NCBI RefSeq assembly: GCF_009914755.1
Contig: NC_060936.1
Source: the human T2T-CHM13v2.0 reference genome, Homo sapiens
Strand: one strand, 5' to 3'
DNA length: 64,000 bases
Shown here: one piece after another, positions 25,628 through 37,510 of the stretch
Layout: every line of letters starts with the position of its first letter
Numbering within the stretch: the first letter of the stretch is position 1
The notes under the pieces: model-generated
The model's database searches: none
The model's input: only the letters and a program-made list of their open reading frames with translations
What the model was told of the DNA's origin: nothing
Made by a program: the position numbers and the translations under genes

Positions 25628-26150
25628 TTGTGGTTTTGATCTGCATTTCTCTAATGATCAGTGATGAGCTTTTTTCCATATGATTGTTGGCCACATATAT
25701 GTCTTCTTTTGAAAAGTGTCTTTTCATGTCCTTTGCCCACTTCTGCACGGGTTTTTTTCTCGTAAATTTAAGTTCCTTATAGATGCTGGATATTAGACCT
25801 TTGTCAGATGCACAGTTTGTAAACATTTTCTCCCATTCTGTAGGTTGTCTGTTTACTCTGTTGAGAGTTTCTTTTGGCTGTGCAGAAGCTCTTTAATTAG
25901 ATCCCATTTGTCAACTGTTGCTTTTGCTGCAATTGCTTTTGGCGTCTTTGTCATGAAATCTTTGCTGTGCCTGTGTCCTGAATGGTATTGCCTAGGTTTT
26001 CTTCCAGAGTTTTTATAGTTTTGGGTTTTACATTTAAGTCTTGAATCCATCTTGAGTGAATTTTTGTACAGTCTGTATAACAAACCCCCATGTCGTAAGT
26101 TTATCTATGTAACAAACCTGTACTTGCACCCCTGAACTTAAAAGTTTTAA
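25628..26150 (+). mobile_element. 5'-inverted (twin-primed) L1PA13-16-like insertion
   Basis: Antisense ORF2 segment to ~26068, then sense 3' tip 26072-26150; 12-bp TSD AAAAGAGTTTCA at 25616-25627 and 26151-26162. Confidence 0.88.
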
Positions 26151-26440
26151 AAAAGAGTTTCAATGATGCTTGGATTTCATAGTCTAATCCCATGTAAGTG
26201 AAGAGGCTACATGAAATTTCAAGTAAGAGTAAAATGCACTCTAGTTTCAAAAGAAAAAAACAAGCAGTACTATGCTTCAAAAAATATTGACATTTATGTG
26301 CTATTGGCAGCATCAGCTGTGAAACCAGGATTTGCAAGTTCGTTGGCATCCCTGCAACAGGGTCCCCATGAGAGCCCATTCAGGCAATCACTGAGCACCC
26401 AGAAGGTCATTTCAGCAACCAAAAGTTTCCATCGCTTCTT

Positions 26441-26738
26441 TTTTTTTTTTTTTTTTTTTGAGACAGAGTCTCACTCTGTCGCCCAGGCTGGAGTGCAGTG
26501 CTGCAATCTCAGCTCACTGCAACTTCTGCCTCTCGGGTTCAAGCAATTCTCTGCCTCAGCCTCCCGAGTAGCTGGGATTACAGGTGCCTGCCACCACACC
26601 TGGCTAATTTTTGTAATTTTAGTAAAGACAGGGTTTCACCATCTTGGCCAGGCTTGTCTAGAACTCCTGACCTCGTGATCCACCCTCCTCAGCCTCCCAA
26701 AGTGCTGGGATTACAGGCGTGAGCCACCGCGCCCGGCC
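26441..26738 (-). mobile_element. AluS (Sg-like)
   Basis: Full dimer, poly(T), degenerate TSD (..CATC(G/A)CTTCTT). Confidence 0.93.
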
Positions 26739-27299
26739 AATTTTCATCACTTCTTATGAGGCCTCCTTGGGCTCTGGAAGTGTGACGTCTCTTCCTTCCT
26801 GATGCACTGAAATCCAAATGACGGTGCTGCCCTCTCAGAAATGCTCAATTCATGGGCTTCCTACAATGTGAAGCTTGGCTAAGGTAAATAAAATGCACAG
26901 ATGCTAGAAAAGAGTTTTTAAAAAATATACAACAGAAACAAATCTGCCAGAATTTACCCAGCTGGCAAGTTAGAACTCTGATAAGCAGGCATTAATCATG
27001 GTAGATGAGTCGCTAAAGCCTAGATCTGTGCAACTGCATAGCTGCACCCCTGCACGTGTCTTGCTTTCTCATGTGAACATTTTGCTGTATATCTGGTTCC
27101 TGCAGAATGAGCATTAGTTACAGTGACTAGATGCTTTATAGAGAAGTTTGGGTAGCAATCACAGGGAAATAAATCATGTAAATTAATGAAATGTTGAAAA
27201 ATAGAACTAGTATGTGGATACTAAGCAAAAAATCTCATGATAAAATATGTGAAGCCAAAGACTAAATTTGAATAATAAAGCAGAGGTAAAGTGGATTTA

Positions 27300-27670
27300 T
27301 TAAAGATGTCAAGAACTAAAAACCTGACCACAGAGGCATGCCCAAATTGACGTTATTCTCATGTGACAAGAAATCCAGAGAAAAGACAGCCAGGACTGAT
27401 ATGGCAGCTTCATGATATCAACAGAAACCCAGGCAGGAGGAAAGGGCAAAGGCAGAAAGAGTATGCCACTGAAAACTATCCCTCTAGAAGCCTCACCTAG
27501 AAAATTCCACCTGCACCTGATTGGCAAGAACTGGGTCACACGGCTATACTAGCTGCAAAGGAACCTGGAAGTTGTTTTACCTGGGAGCATTGCTACCTCT
27601 TACAGTGAGTAAGGATGAAGGGCAGAAAAGATGGTGAGTAGGCAAGTAGCAATCTGCCATAGAGACATAA
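27300..27670 (-). mobile_element. MLT1J-like LTR fragment
   Basis: ATTGGCAAGAACTGGGTCACACGGCTATACTAGCTGCAAAGGAACCTGGAA. Confidence 0.65.
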
Positions 27671-28593
27671 AGCCCAGGATACACAGGACATCTTGAATCT
27701 GGGTTCCTGGAGGTCAGTTTAAAGAGACGAAATGCTATTTCTAAGCCTTGGTGAATTTTTCCTGGCTCCTCATGTCCTCTGAGACACCATGCAGGAATCA
27801 TGATAGATGATACCTTTACACCGTTCCATCTGGCCCACTTTACAGAACAGTGAAGAGAATGATTGGATTTTGCCTGAGAAAAGGGCAGTGCGTAATAGCG
27901 CCTGTCTTGGAAAAAATGAATAGCATGCCAAACACCGGAAGAAAGGCATTTCTCTGTTAATTGTGAGGACCACTATGAACGTACTTGGGTTTGGCAAACA
28001 TTTCAAACTTACTTTCTAGTTGGTCAGTAAAACCTGGAAGCCATCTCTGAAAAAGTAGCTGCTGTTTCATCTTCCGTGCTTACAAAGTGATTTGGCTCAC
28101 ATTCCTTCCTCTTAGTTTTAGTGAATGTTAACTTAATTCTTGCAAGGGGCTTCATCCTTGTCACACCTCATCAGTGATACTCTGGGAGCCAAGTCTACAA
28201 CTGAGGGTCCCTGTCAATGTACAGGTAAATTAAGGGGGTTATCAGGTCAGCACTAACATTATCCTAATGTAAACATCCTGGGAATTCATAATTTGATAAT
28301 TGTTCTTTTTCTAAAACCTTTGTTGATCCATGGCTCCTGGTGAGAGTATTTTTAAAAGAAAGGAAGAAAAAAAGAAGAAAAGAAAGAAGAAAGGAGGGGA
28401 GAGAGAGAGAGACAGAGAAAAGGGTAGGCAGAAATTTGCAGATTTTTCTGCCAATTTCGTCTGATTTACCCTTCTCCCTGCACTTCCTTCTTGTGCAATA
28501 GTTAAATCAGGTATAACATATAGTTTCTTTCGTAACATTTAAAAATTATCTTTGTATCCCCAATCTTAGTATAAATCCAGACAGGTTGTAGAT

Positions 28594-28930
28594 CAGGGGT
28601 CCCCAACCCCCGGGGCCATGGACCCATACTGGTTGGTGGCCTGTTAGGTACTGGACCCCACAGCAGGAGGTGAGTGGCAGGCGAGTGAGCCTTACTGCCT
28701 GAGCTCTGCCTCCTGTCAGATCAGGGGCAGCATTAGATTCTCACAGGAGCACAAACCCTATTGTGAACTGCGTATGCAAGGGATCTAGGTTGTGCATTCC
28801 TTATCATAATCTAATGATAAATGTAGTGTGCTTGAAACAGTCTGAAACCATCACCCACCTCTCTGCAGTCCACGGAAAAATTGTCTTCCAGGAAACCAGT
28901 CCCTGGTGCCAAAAAGATTGGGGACCGCTG
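28594..28930 (+). mobile_element. MER1B (hAT-Charlie MITE)
   Basis: TIRs CAGGGGTCCCCAA / TTGGGGACCGCTG, 337 bp, 8-bp TSD TTGTAGAT/TTTTAGAT. Confidence 0.92.
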
Positions 28931-30904
28931 TTTTAGATGATCTAAGAAGGCGTGCCTACTAAACGAAGCCCATATCTGCTGGCTTTTGCAGCATGGGCTA
29001 CTGGCTTTTGCGCAAGGTGTCTCTTTGCCTGGAATTCCCTCCCGCAGGGTCCCATCCTTTCTAAATCCAAACTGCATTCAAAGAAAGGGCTAAGTCTGCT
29101 CCTTTCAACTGGAGAGGTCCTTTTCTACTAACAGCACAATTTTTATATTATTTGGCTACAAATGATGGAAACCTCACACTCTCTGAAGTCAAAAAAGTAA
29201 TTTATACAGGGATTTATTGACATGTGATGAAAAACTCTAGCAGTGGCTGGACCCAAAGGTTCTGGTTGTATTGAGGATGTGCTGTCTTCTCTCCAACTTC
29301 ACCTGTGCACGAACGCTGACTGCTGTGGGCAGGCCCCAGCAGCTCCAGGCTCCACCTTCAGTGATCTTGGATCCAGGGACTGAAGATGTCTCTTCTTTGT
29401 TTGCTCCCTAACAGTTTTAGAGTTGATTCTCATTGTCTCTCCTTGACTTGGCTTGCGTCCTACGTTGACTCTTTGCCTCTTGAACTAATCACTGCTACTA
29501 CTGTGTGTGCATCTGCGTGTTCCTGTGTCTGTGTATGAGTCTGTGTGTGATGTTCTGTTTGGTGTCACCTTGCTCTCACATCTGCCCTAAAACTTGTTTA
29601 GTGGCAGTTATCCCTTAACCAGATGAACTGAGAGTAAGAGAAGGATGGTTTTCCAAAGACCAGTTGGAGTTATCTTCTAAAATGGGTACCAGGCAGCAAC
29701 TACAGCAATGTTCATGTTATGGCACCACTTGGCTTACACCATGTATTATAAATCTCTGTCTAGTTTGATTATCCTTCTGCCCAGAATTTAATTCTTTGAG
29801 GTTAGCTTTTGTGTCCCATTGAACTTTGTTTCCTACCGAGTGCTAAGCAGAGTGCACTGAATACTATGCACTTAACTGAATGACAGGTCCAAGCATTGCT
29901 ATTGAGACTACACTATGGAATTATGGAAAAGATTAGACTTCAGATTTAGAGGTCTTGGTGTAAGGCACTCCTCTCGGTATCAAAGTTCCATTTCCATGTT
30001 AATGGTGTAGAGGGTGTGGCTCAGGTGACAGATGTGGGAACCAAAGCCAACAGGATCAATAATGTCAGAGAGGAAGTCAAGGCAGGGGTTTCTTATTCAG
30101 ATTTTTCCTTGTGAGAACATCCCATAAGGGGCTGTAACTGGCTTTAAGAAGTCTCCTATTTTTCTTCCAGTTGGGGGATAAAGGAGCTGTCAGATGGTTA
30201 AGCTAAGGCATCCAAGACACAATGATACTTTACAGGCAAGTGGACAATATTTTTAACAACATGCAAAACCAAATGGCCCTTGAGTTCATGTGTAAGTCAA
30301 GCTTAAGAAGCCTTGCATTTGCATTTCAAAACAGTAAGAGGTTTCTCTTCAGAAATCACCTTTTTAGCTGTTGCAGGAACCAAGGACAGCGGGGTCTACA
30401 AAAGAACTGATTCCACCATAAGAGGATTGACTTTCTGTCCATGTCTCTGCCTCTCATCTCCAGTTTGTCATCACTTAGCTCTGAGCCATCCACAAGTGCC
30501 ATTACAATCCAAGACGGCAGGCAGTCAGTCTGTTTTCCTTGATGAACTCCATGGCTGTATATCCTGGTAGTGACCTCCCTTCTCTAGTTAAGGACAACCA
30601 AATGTAAGTGGAAGAAACCCAACTAATTAACAGTCAACCCGAAGAAAGCTTAAAAAGGGTCCAACTCAACACTCATGGTTCAGCCCCGTCTCTCAGGACC
30701 ACATGTGGTACATCTGCAGCAGACAGATGCATGTGACCAAAAGCTCAGAGTGTTCACCAATGAATAATTCTGCTGCTGATTCTGGAAGGGAAACTGCATC
30801 TATCCAATAAGCATGCTATTAGGTTCCAGCATTATGAAAGTGTATTCAAAGACAGGCTATAAAGCCATGGGAATAAGACACTCAGAGCATTGAGACAAGA
30901 ACAA

Positions 30905-31110
30905 TGCCTTAAAGTAGTAGGAATGAGCAGAGCTCTGGAGGTAGACATCCTGGATCCAGACCCCAGGTCCATCATGTACAGGCTTTGCATCCTTGGACAA
31001 GGTACTTAACCTTTCTGAGTCTCTATTTCATCAACTTTAATTAAGGATAATCATAGCATTTATCTTATATCGTGGTTTTGAACCAAATGAGATGATGTAT
31101 GTAGGATGAT
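30905..31110 (+). mobile_element. MIR
   Basis: GCTCTGGAG..CCTTGGACAAGGTACTTAACCTTTCTGAGTCTC. Confidence 0.7.
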
Positions 31111-31239
31111 AGAGTTACTCTTTTAAAAAACACAGATTTGAGGGGGAAGCACACGTATATAACGTGATTATAATGCAATTTGATGACAAAACATAAATAG
31201 TAGTAAAAACATGAAAGAGAATGAAAATAGCTTTGGGAG

Positions 31240-31770
31240 AAGGAGCTGGGGAAGGCTTCTAAGGAGGGCACCATTTCACTGGGTATTGTATTATTACCAG
31301 GAATTCTCCAAGGACAGAAAGGGAAGGAGGGGACTGTAGACAGGATTTACAGTGTGTGCAAAGGCACGGTGGCTCAGGAGCACATTATGTGTCTTGGAAG
31401 AAGGTCAATGTACAGCTGGAGCTTAGAAAGCGTAAAAGAGCATGTCTGGAGATGCTGCTTGTAAAATGGGTTTAGACCATATTAGAAGAGACCATGTCTA
31501 ATAAAAAGGAGGTTAAACTGTGTCCTCTGGGGAGCCAGAGAGTTTTAATACAGGGTTATACACTGACTCCATTTTTTAATTAAAGGACAACCCTACTCTC
31601 TATGTGAAGAATAGACTCAAGAGGAGAGACAGTGGAGGCAGGGGGATGATTTAAGTGGCTATTGCAATAATCCAGGCAAGATACAATGGCAGGAGGTGAA
31701 TAGTTTCAGGAGATGTTAGCAGACAGAACCATGTGACCGGGTGGATGGGCAGGTAGGATATTGGAGAAGT
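31240..31770 (-). mobile_element. L2 fragment
   Basis: GGGAAGGCTTCTAAGGAGG; TGTGCAAAGGCACGG; GGCTATTGCAATAATCCAGGCAAGA. Confidence 0.7.
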
Positions 31771-32550
31771 TAAAACAAAACCTTTGAAGTAAAATAAAAA
31801 ATTCTGTTTTAGACTTTGGTTTTGCCAGTTGTTAATCATGTGTATATATATTACTCTCCCCACTAATGCCATTTCTGAATGTCTAAACTAGAGATAACTT
31901 TAGTGGTCCTTTCTCAAGATCACCAATAAGAGAGTATATGAGCACAGTGCCAGGTACAGGGACATCACTCAGCAAACGTTACCTGCTGTTACCACCAATT
32001 TTATCACTGTTGTCATTATTATTATAATCCAGTGACCATGGCTGAGGAGAGAGAACAGATGGAAGTTGAGTCTCTAGTTCTCCCACTACTGGTGAAGCTG
32101 TCTCCCAGGATGCTATGGCTTGACATTGACCAACCCAAATATCTTCACTTCTTTCTTACCGCTGACTTCCCAGTGTCTGCCAGATTCTTCCAGGGGCAAA
32201 TGGAGCTGTCCCTCCATGTGGCTCTCATGATGCAGGTAGAATAAAAACTGTTCTTTGTTCACAAAATTGACAATCTGAGTTTGTCCCAGAAAAGGGAAGT
32301 GGCCAAATCACCAAGCCATAGGTAACCATGTCTTCTTCATCTGCTCTCTTTTACCCATAAACGGCAGATGGAACTGTTTGTTTCTCTATTGATTCCTCAT
32401 CCACCCAATGGTCATCCCAGTCCACTCTTGTTTTCTCTCCTCTACGAGCTGCATCTCTCGGGTTCCTGGTTTTGTGTTTCTGGTTGGTTTCAGCCAGAGG
32501 AAAATACTAGCAGGATATTAACAGGTAAAAGAAAAGAGAGTAGGGAGCAT

Positions 32551-33610
32551 CGTATTAGACTTTTCTCTACTGCTATAAAGAACTACCTGAGACTGGGCAG
32601 TTTATAAGTCAGGAAACAACAGGTGCTGAAGAGGATGTGGAGAAATAGGAACACTTTTACACTGTTGGTGGGACTGTAAACTAGTTCGACCATTTTGGAA
32701 GTCAGTGTGGCGATTCCTCAGGGATCTAGAACTAGAAATACCATTTGACCCAGCCATCCCATTACTGGGTATATACCCAAAGGATTATAAATCATGCTGC
32801 TATAAAGACACATGCACACGTATGTTTATTGCGGCACTATTCACAATAGCAAAGACTTGGAACCAACCCAAATGTCCAACAATGACAGACTAGATTAAGA
32901 AAATGTGGCACATATACACCATGGAATACTATGCAGACATAAAAAATGATGAGTTTATGTCCTTTGTAGGGACATGGATGAAGCTGGAAACCATCATTCT
33001 CAGCAAACTATTGCAAGGACAAAAAACCGAACACCGCATGTTCTCACTCATAGGTGGGAATTGAACAATGAGAACACATGGACACAGGAAGGGGAACATC
33101 ACACACCGGGGCCTGTTGTGGGGTGGGGGGAGGGGGGAGGGATGGCATTAGGAGATATACCTAATGCTAAATGACGAGTTAATGGGTGCAGCACACCAAC
33201 ATGGCACATGTATACATATGTAACAAACCTGCATGTTGTGCACATGTACCCTAAAACTTAAAGTATAATAATAATAATAAAGAAAAAAGGTTTAATTGAC
33301 TCACAGCTCCACAGGCCATATGTGAAGCATGGCTGGGAGGCCCCAGGAAACTTACAATCATGTCGGAAGGGCAAAGAAAAAGGAAGCATGTCTTACCATG
33401 GCAGAGGAGGAGAGAGAAAGAGAGTGAAGAGGGAGGTGCCACACACTTGCAAACAACCAGATCTCATGAGAACTCACTCACTATCATGAGAACAGCAAGG
33501 CGGATGTCTGATCCCATGATTCAATCACCCCTCAGCAGGTCTCCCCTCCAACACTGGGGATTACAATTTGACATGAGATTGGGGTGGGGACACGGATCCA
33601 AACCATATCA
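32551..33610 (-). mobile_element. MSTA-like MaLR LTR split by L1
   Basis: GTATTAG..GCTATAAAGAACTACCTGAGACTGGG ... CCAAACCATATCA; 5-bp TSD AGCAT/GGCAT. Confidence 0.88.
32606..33280 (+). mobile_element. L1PA4-like 3' fragment
   Basis: ORF2 C-terminus (ORF 32705-32893), 3' UTR, (TAA)n tail. Confidence 0.95.
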
Positions 33611-36600
33611 GGCATGGATTCCCCACTTCCTCCCTGGTGCATTGCCTGATCTTGGACAGAAGCTGTGCTTCTCCATGGTTAGAGAAACACCTACCCACGG
33701 GCACTTCCTCCAGGCCTCCAGCTCTGATGAGCCTCTGATAATATCGTACTCTCCCCTGTCCTTTCAGACACAAAGGAGACAGCTCCTCTAGTCTCTGGTG
33801 CCTCAACGTCCCCTCTTGGGTCTTACATGGTGCCCACATCTCTGTAAATAGTCCCTCCACTAAATTTTCCTCTATTCCCTAGCTGAGTGTCTCTTCTCTT
33901 CTCTGCTGAGTTCTTGACTGCAACAACAATAAAAGGAGCAAAAGTCTCAGCTGGGCTACTAATCTTTGGGTGTAAGTCCTCCCTCTCCACTGCAAAGGAT
34001 ATAAAAAATTTAAACAATAAAAAATGGTGTTGGCCTTTCACAAGCTAGCATTTGCCTATATCAGAGTGGGCAGAGGTTTTTTTTTTTTTGTCTTTTAGAT
34101 AGAGTTTAAGTTCACTGATAATGATACCATAAGACACAAGCTAAATTTGTTAAGATTTGCTGCTTTTTCTAAGAAAAGACCGTCTCAAATGGTTTAATCA
34201 GATGTGTCTGGTCTGATAAGGATAATTACACAGTGAGACTGTGGGCATCACACAGAGAGAGAAATAGATCTGTAAAAACCGCTAATGAAACTTGGACCTA
34301 AGGGGATTTGAACTCACAACCTGACAGCTAGGAATTAAATAGTCCAGGAAATTGGCAGTGGGCTAAACAATGGAATTCAGACGGGGCCCCTAGCAGGTGC
34401 TAAATTATTTCCCTGAGCAGGCTCATATTCGGCCGATGCGCCGAAGACAGGGAAGGAACACACACGTAAATCAGCTCTCGATTTCTGACACGGTTTCACC
34501 CAGTTGAAGTGGAGAGAGATGACACTCAGCTCACGGGGTGGTATCCAAGACCCATTGAATCTTGGATGTCAGAGCTGGAAGGCATCTCAGAAACCTCAGT
34601 CTCCACTCTCTCCATTATACAGAAAAAGAAAAGGCATTTTTCTCAATTACCAAGAAAAATCCTAAGGCTAGCTTTTGCTGAACTAGATTTGGAACATCAC
34701 ATGCTTCCAGAATAAGCACATCAGGGCTCTGTGCTCAGCGGGTTGTAATGGCACCAGGAACACTTCTTCCCTCCTCCCTGAAGGTCTCTGTGACTTTCCC
34801 TTCACCTTGGCTCATGGTGAGACCCTGCTTGACTAATGTTCCAGGATGGCTCAGCACTGCACCTGGAAATGAGGGCAGAGTGAGGCCTGGTAATCGCTGG
34901 ACTTTCATGAGAGGAGCCTGTCTGCAGTGAAAATATCAAGAAAGCATTTGTTTTGTGCAGTCTTCAGGTTTAGAAAATCTTTCCTCTTCTGCGATGATTT
35001 CTTTGGACACACTTAACAATGAGTCATGCAAATTCAGTCACTGATCTCTCCAACGTTTATGGAGCTCAGAGAACTTCCCAGGAGTTGTTCTAGGTACTGA
35101 TGCTATGCAGGTAATGAGACAGACAGAGCCTTTCTCTCCTGAAGCTTCCATTCCAGTGAGCAAGACAGACCATAATAAGATGCGTTCCATTTCAGATGGG
35201 AATACTTATTTTGAACAATGACAAAAGTGTGCCAAGAGGAATTCTAGAGAAGTGGCCAGGAGCAAGGCTCTGTGTTCAAGTTAGTGTTTCTGAATTTTAA
35301 GGGATGTAAATATTTGGAATTCAGAGAAGAAAAGGAAATTCCCGGGAATTCTCAAGGATTCATGAAATCATGGGTTATTCGTAAAACATTTTTAATGTTT
35401 TTCATATTTTTTACTCACTTTTATCCATGTATAACAGATCGGAAATATTCAGTTAAGTTGCATTTACAAATATCTGTAGCCTATAGTGAACAGGCAAACA
35501 CTGTAAAACACCAGCACGCATTCAAACACAGTAAAACATCAGTTTCTAGAAAACATCCGATTAGGATTTCATATTAAGATTAGCAGTGATGCATAGAAGC
35601 ATAGAACTGGGTGTCAAAATTGCCAATTTAGGGACTTACTTGCTTCCAAGGTGTGTTATTTTTGATACATCCTTCCTGGAATGTGTATAAAGTATACTAT
35701 GACTGCAAGTGTATTAGCTTTTCTTTTATCAGCAACAATGACTCACTTTTGGCAGCAGACAGAGCCACCAGCAGACATCATAGTACGGCCACAACTACAA
35801 TCAAGACTGACCCATGAAATCATACGGGTTCTACTTCTACGTGCTCCTGTCCCAGTGACCCCAAATGTTAACTTTGATGCTGGATGCCCTTCTCTGTGTT
35901 CCCTGTGCTTGTGTATTCCCGTGATGTCCGTGGATTCTTCTGATCTAGACACATCTCTGTGGATAGTTAAGGTTTCATTCACACTTGAGAACTGCCACAC
36001 ATCTCCTCAATTTCTCCACTGATTATTTCCAGGATTGGAGATTTGAAAAAGCGGATAAGGTCCTTGAGAAATGTCAGGAAGGGATTCCTGCATAGGAACA
36101 TGAACTCAGGCTGCCGGGGCCTGAGTAGCAGCTGTGACATCTATTAGAACACACCCGCTTTGTGATGATGGGCTTGTTACCTACCTCTGTGTGACTGTTC
36201 TCTCATCCATGAGATGGCATCATAATTAGCACATGTGGCATGAGACTGCAGTAGATTAAATTCTCTAATGTATATAAATGAGTTCTAACTGCATTGGGCA
36301 TCCAGTTAGCGCTCAAAAAAATGTTAGCTCCTATTAAAAAGTTTGCATTCGGGAGAGCCAAATACCACATGACGATGACCAGGGATGGATCTCTGAAGAC
36401 AGAGTGCTATATATGACATGTTTCTTATGTGTTTCTATGTGTGTGTGTGATTAGTCCTTATGCAATTCAGTTAGTTAATGGCTTAAGGGGATCATCAAGA
36501 ACTTTTTTTTTCCCACTGGGGCACTGATGGGCACCTTCATTTACAGATGACTGTGGATTTAAAGGCAATCCAGACTGCCAGAGACACAGAAGCCAAAGTG

Positions 36601-37379
36601 CATCTGGGAAGCAAATGTGTGACTGCACATCACTGGACATCAAGTGTGGATTATGTGGGTTATGCTGATACTGGCAGCCAGAGGTGGACTTTAGTGACCC
36701 TTGACATGGGTATAGGTTCCCAGTATGGGTTAGAATAATGGCGGAGCTGGAAGTTTTAATGCTACTCTGCTGATAAGGGTTGAGGGTGGTGGGGACCACA
36801 GTCAACATGAACTAGAAAGAGTAGAGGTGCAGAAGGAATGAGCTGGGTGGAGGAGGGGAAGAATAGAAAAATCCACCACAGAGGCTTGCAGCTCAAGAGA
36901 TCTTACCCAGGGTGAAAGTCTTAGTCCAGAAAGATGACAAGAGCCAGGAGAAGGACCCAGAAAGGGGACTCTGGGAACCAAGCCCAGGTATACAATTGTA
37001 CCTGAGAATCTCAGGGGATGCAGATGGCAAAGAACAGGAGTAGAAATGTGGACTGAGAAACCAGACGGAAAGGCTCTGCTAGCCCAGCCACCTAAGAGGG
37101 GAGAGGAAGGGTTTAGTTTGTAGAAAGATGAAGATGGACTGGTATGAAAAACTAAAGAAGACAAAGAGAGCCCAGGAAAACAAGACAGATTATTTTTCCT
37201 TGTATCACATGAATAGACTGATCTAGGATCTCATCATTGTTTTGACTTATTCATCTTCTTACAGGTCTTCACATCAAACTGGAAGACTAGAGAAGCTGAA
37301 CATATGAGTGAGCTCAGCTAAGAGACCAAGGAAAGAGGAGAAAAGAGGAACCAAGTGATAGGTGATTGAAAGATATGAC

Positions 37380-37510
37380 TAGGCGGGAAGGTAGGTAGAG
37401 AGGTGGGTGGGTGGGTGGGTGGATAGATGGATGGATGGACGGGCGGACTGATGGATGGATGGGATAGCTAATTAGTAGATAGATAATCAGCAGGTACATA
37501 GATAGAGAAA
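37380..37510. repeat. Degenerate (GGGT/GGAT/AGAT)n
   Basis: Direct inspection. Confidence 0.8.

Larger units (their letters stand above)
32370..33925 (+). mobile_element. ERVL-type LTR (LTR33-like) hosting MSTA
   Basis: Flanking halves; 3' part GCCCACATCTCTGTAAATAGTCCCTCCACTAAA. Confidence 0.55.

Noticed and set aside
26211-26722. Alu-overlapping ORFs (also 257-511, 53258-53520, 63315-63828)
   Set aside because: Typical Alu translation products, no gene structure
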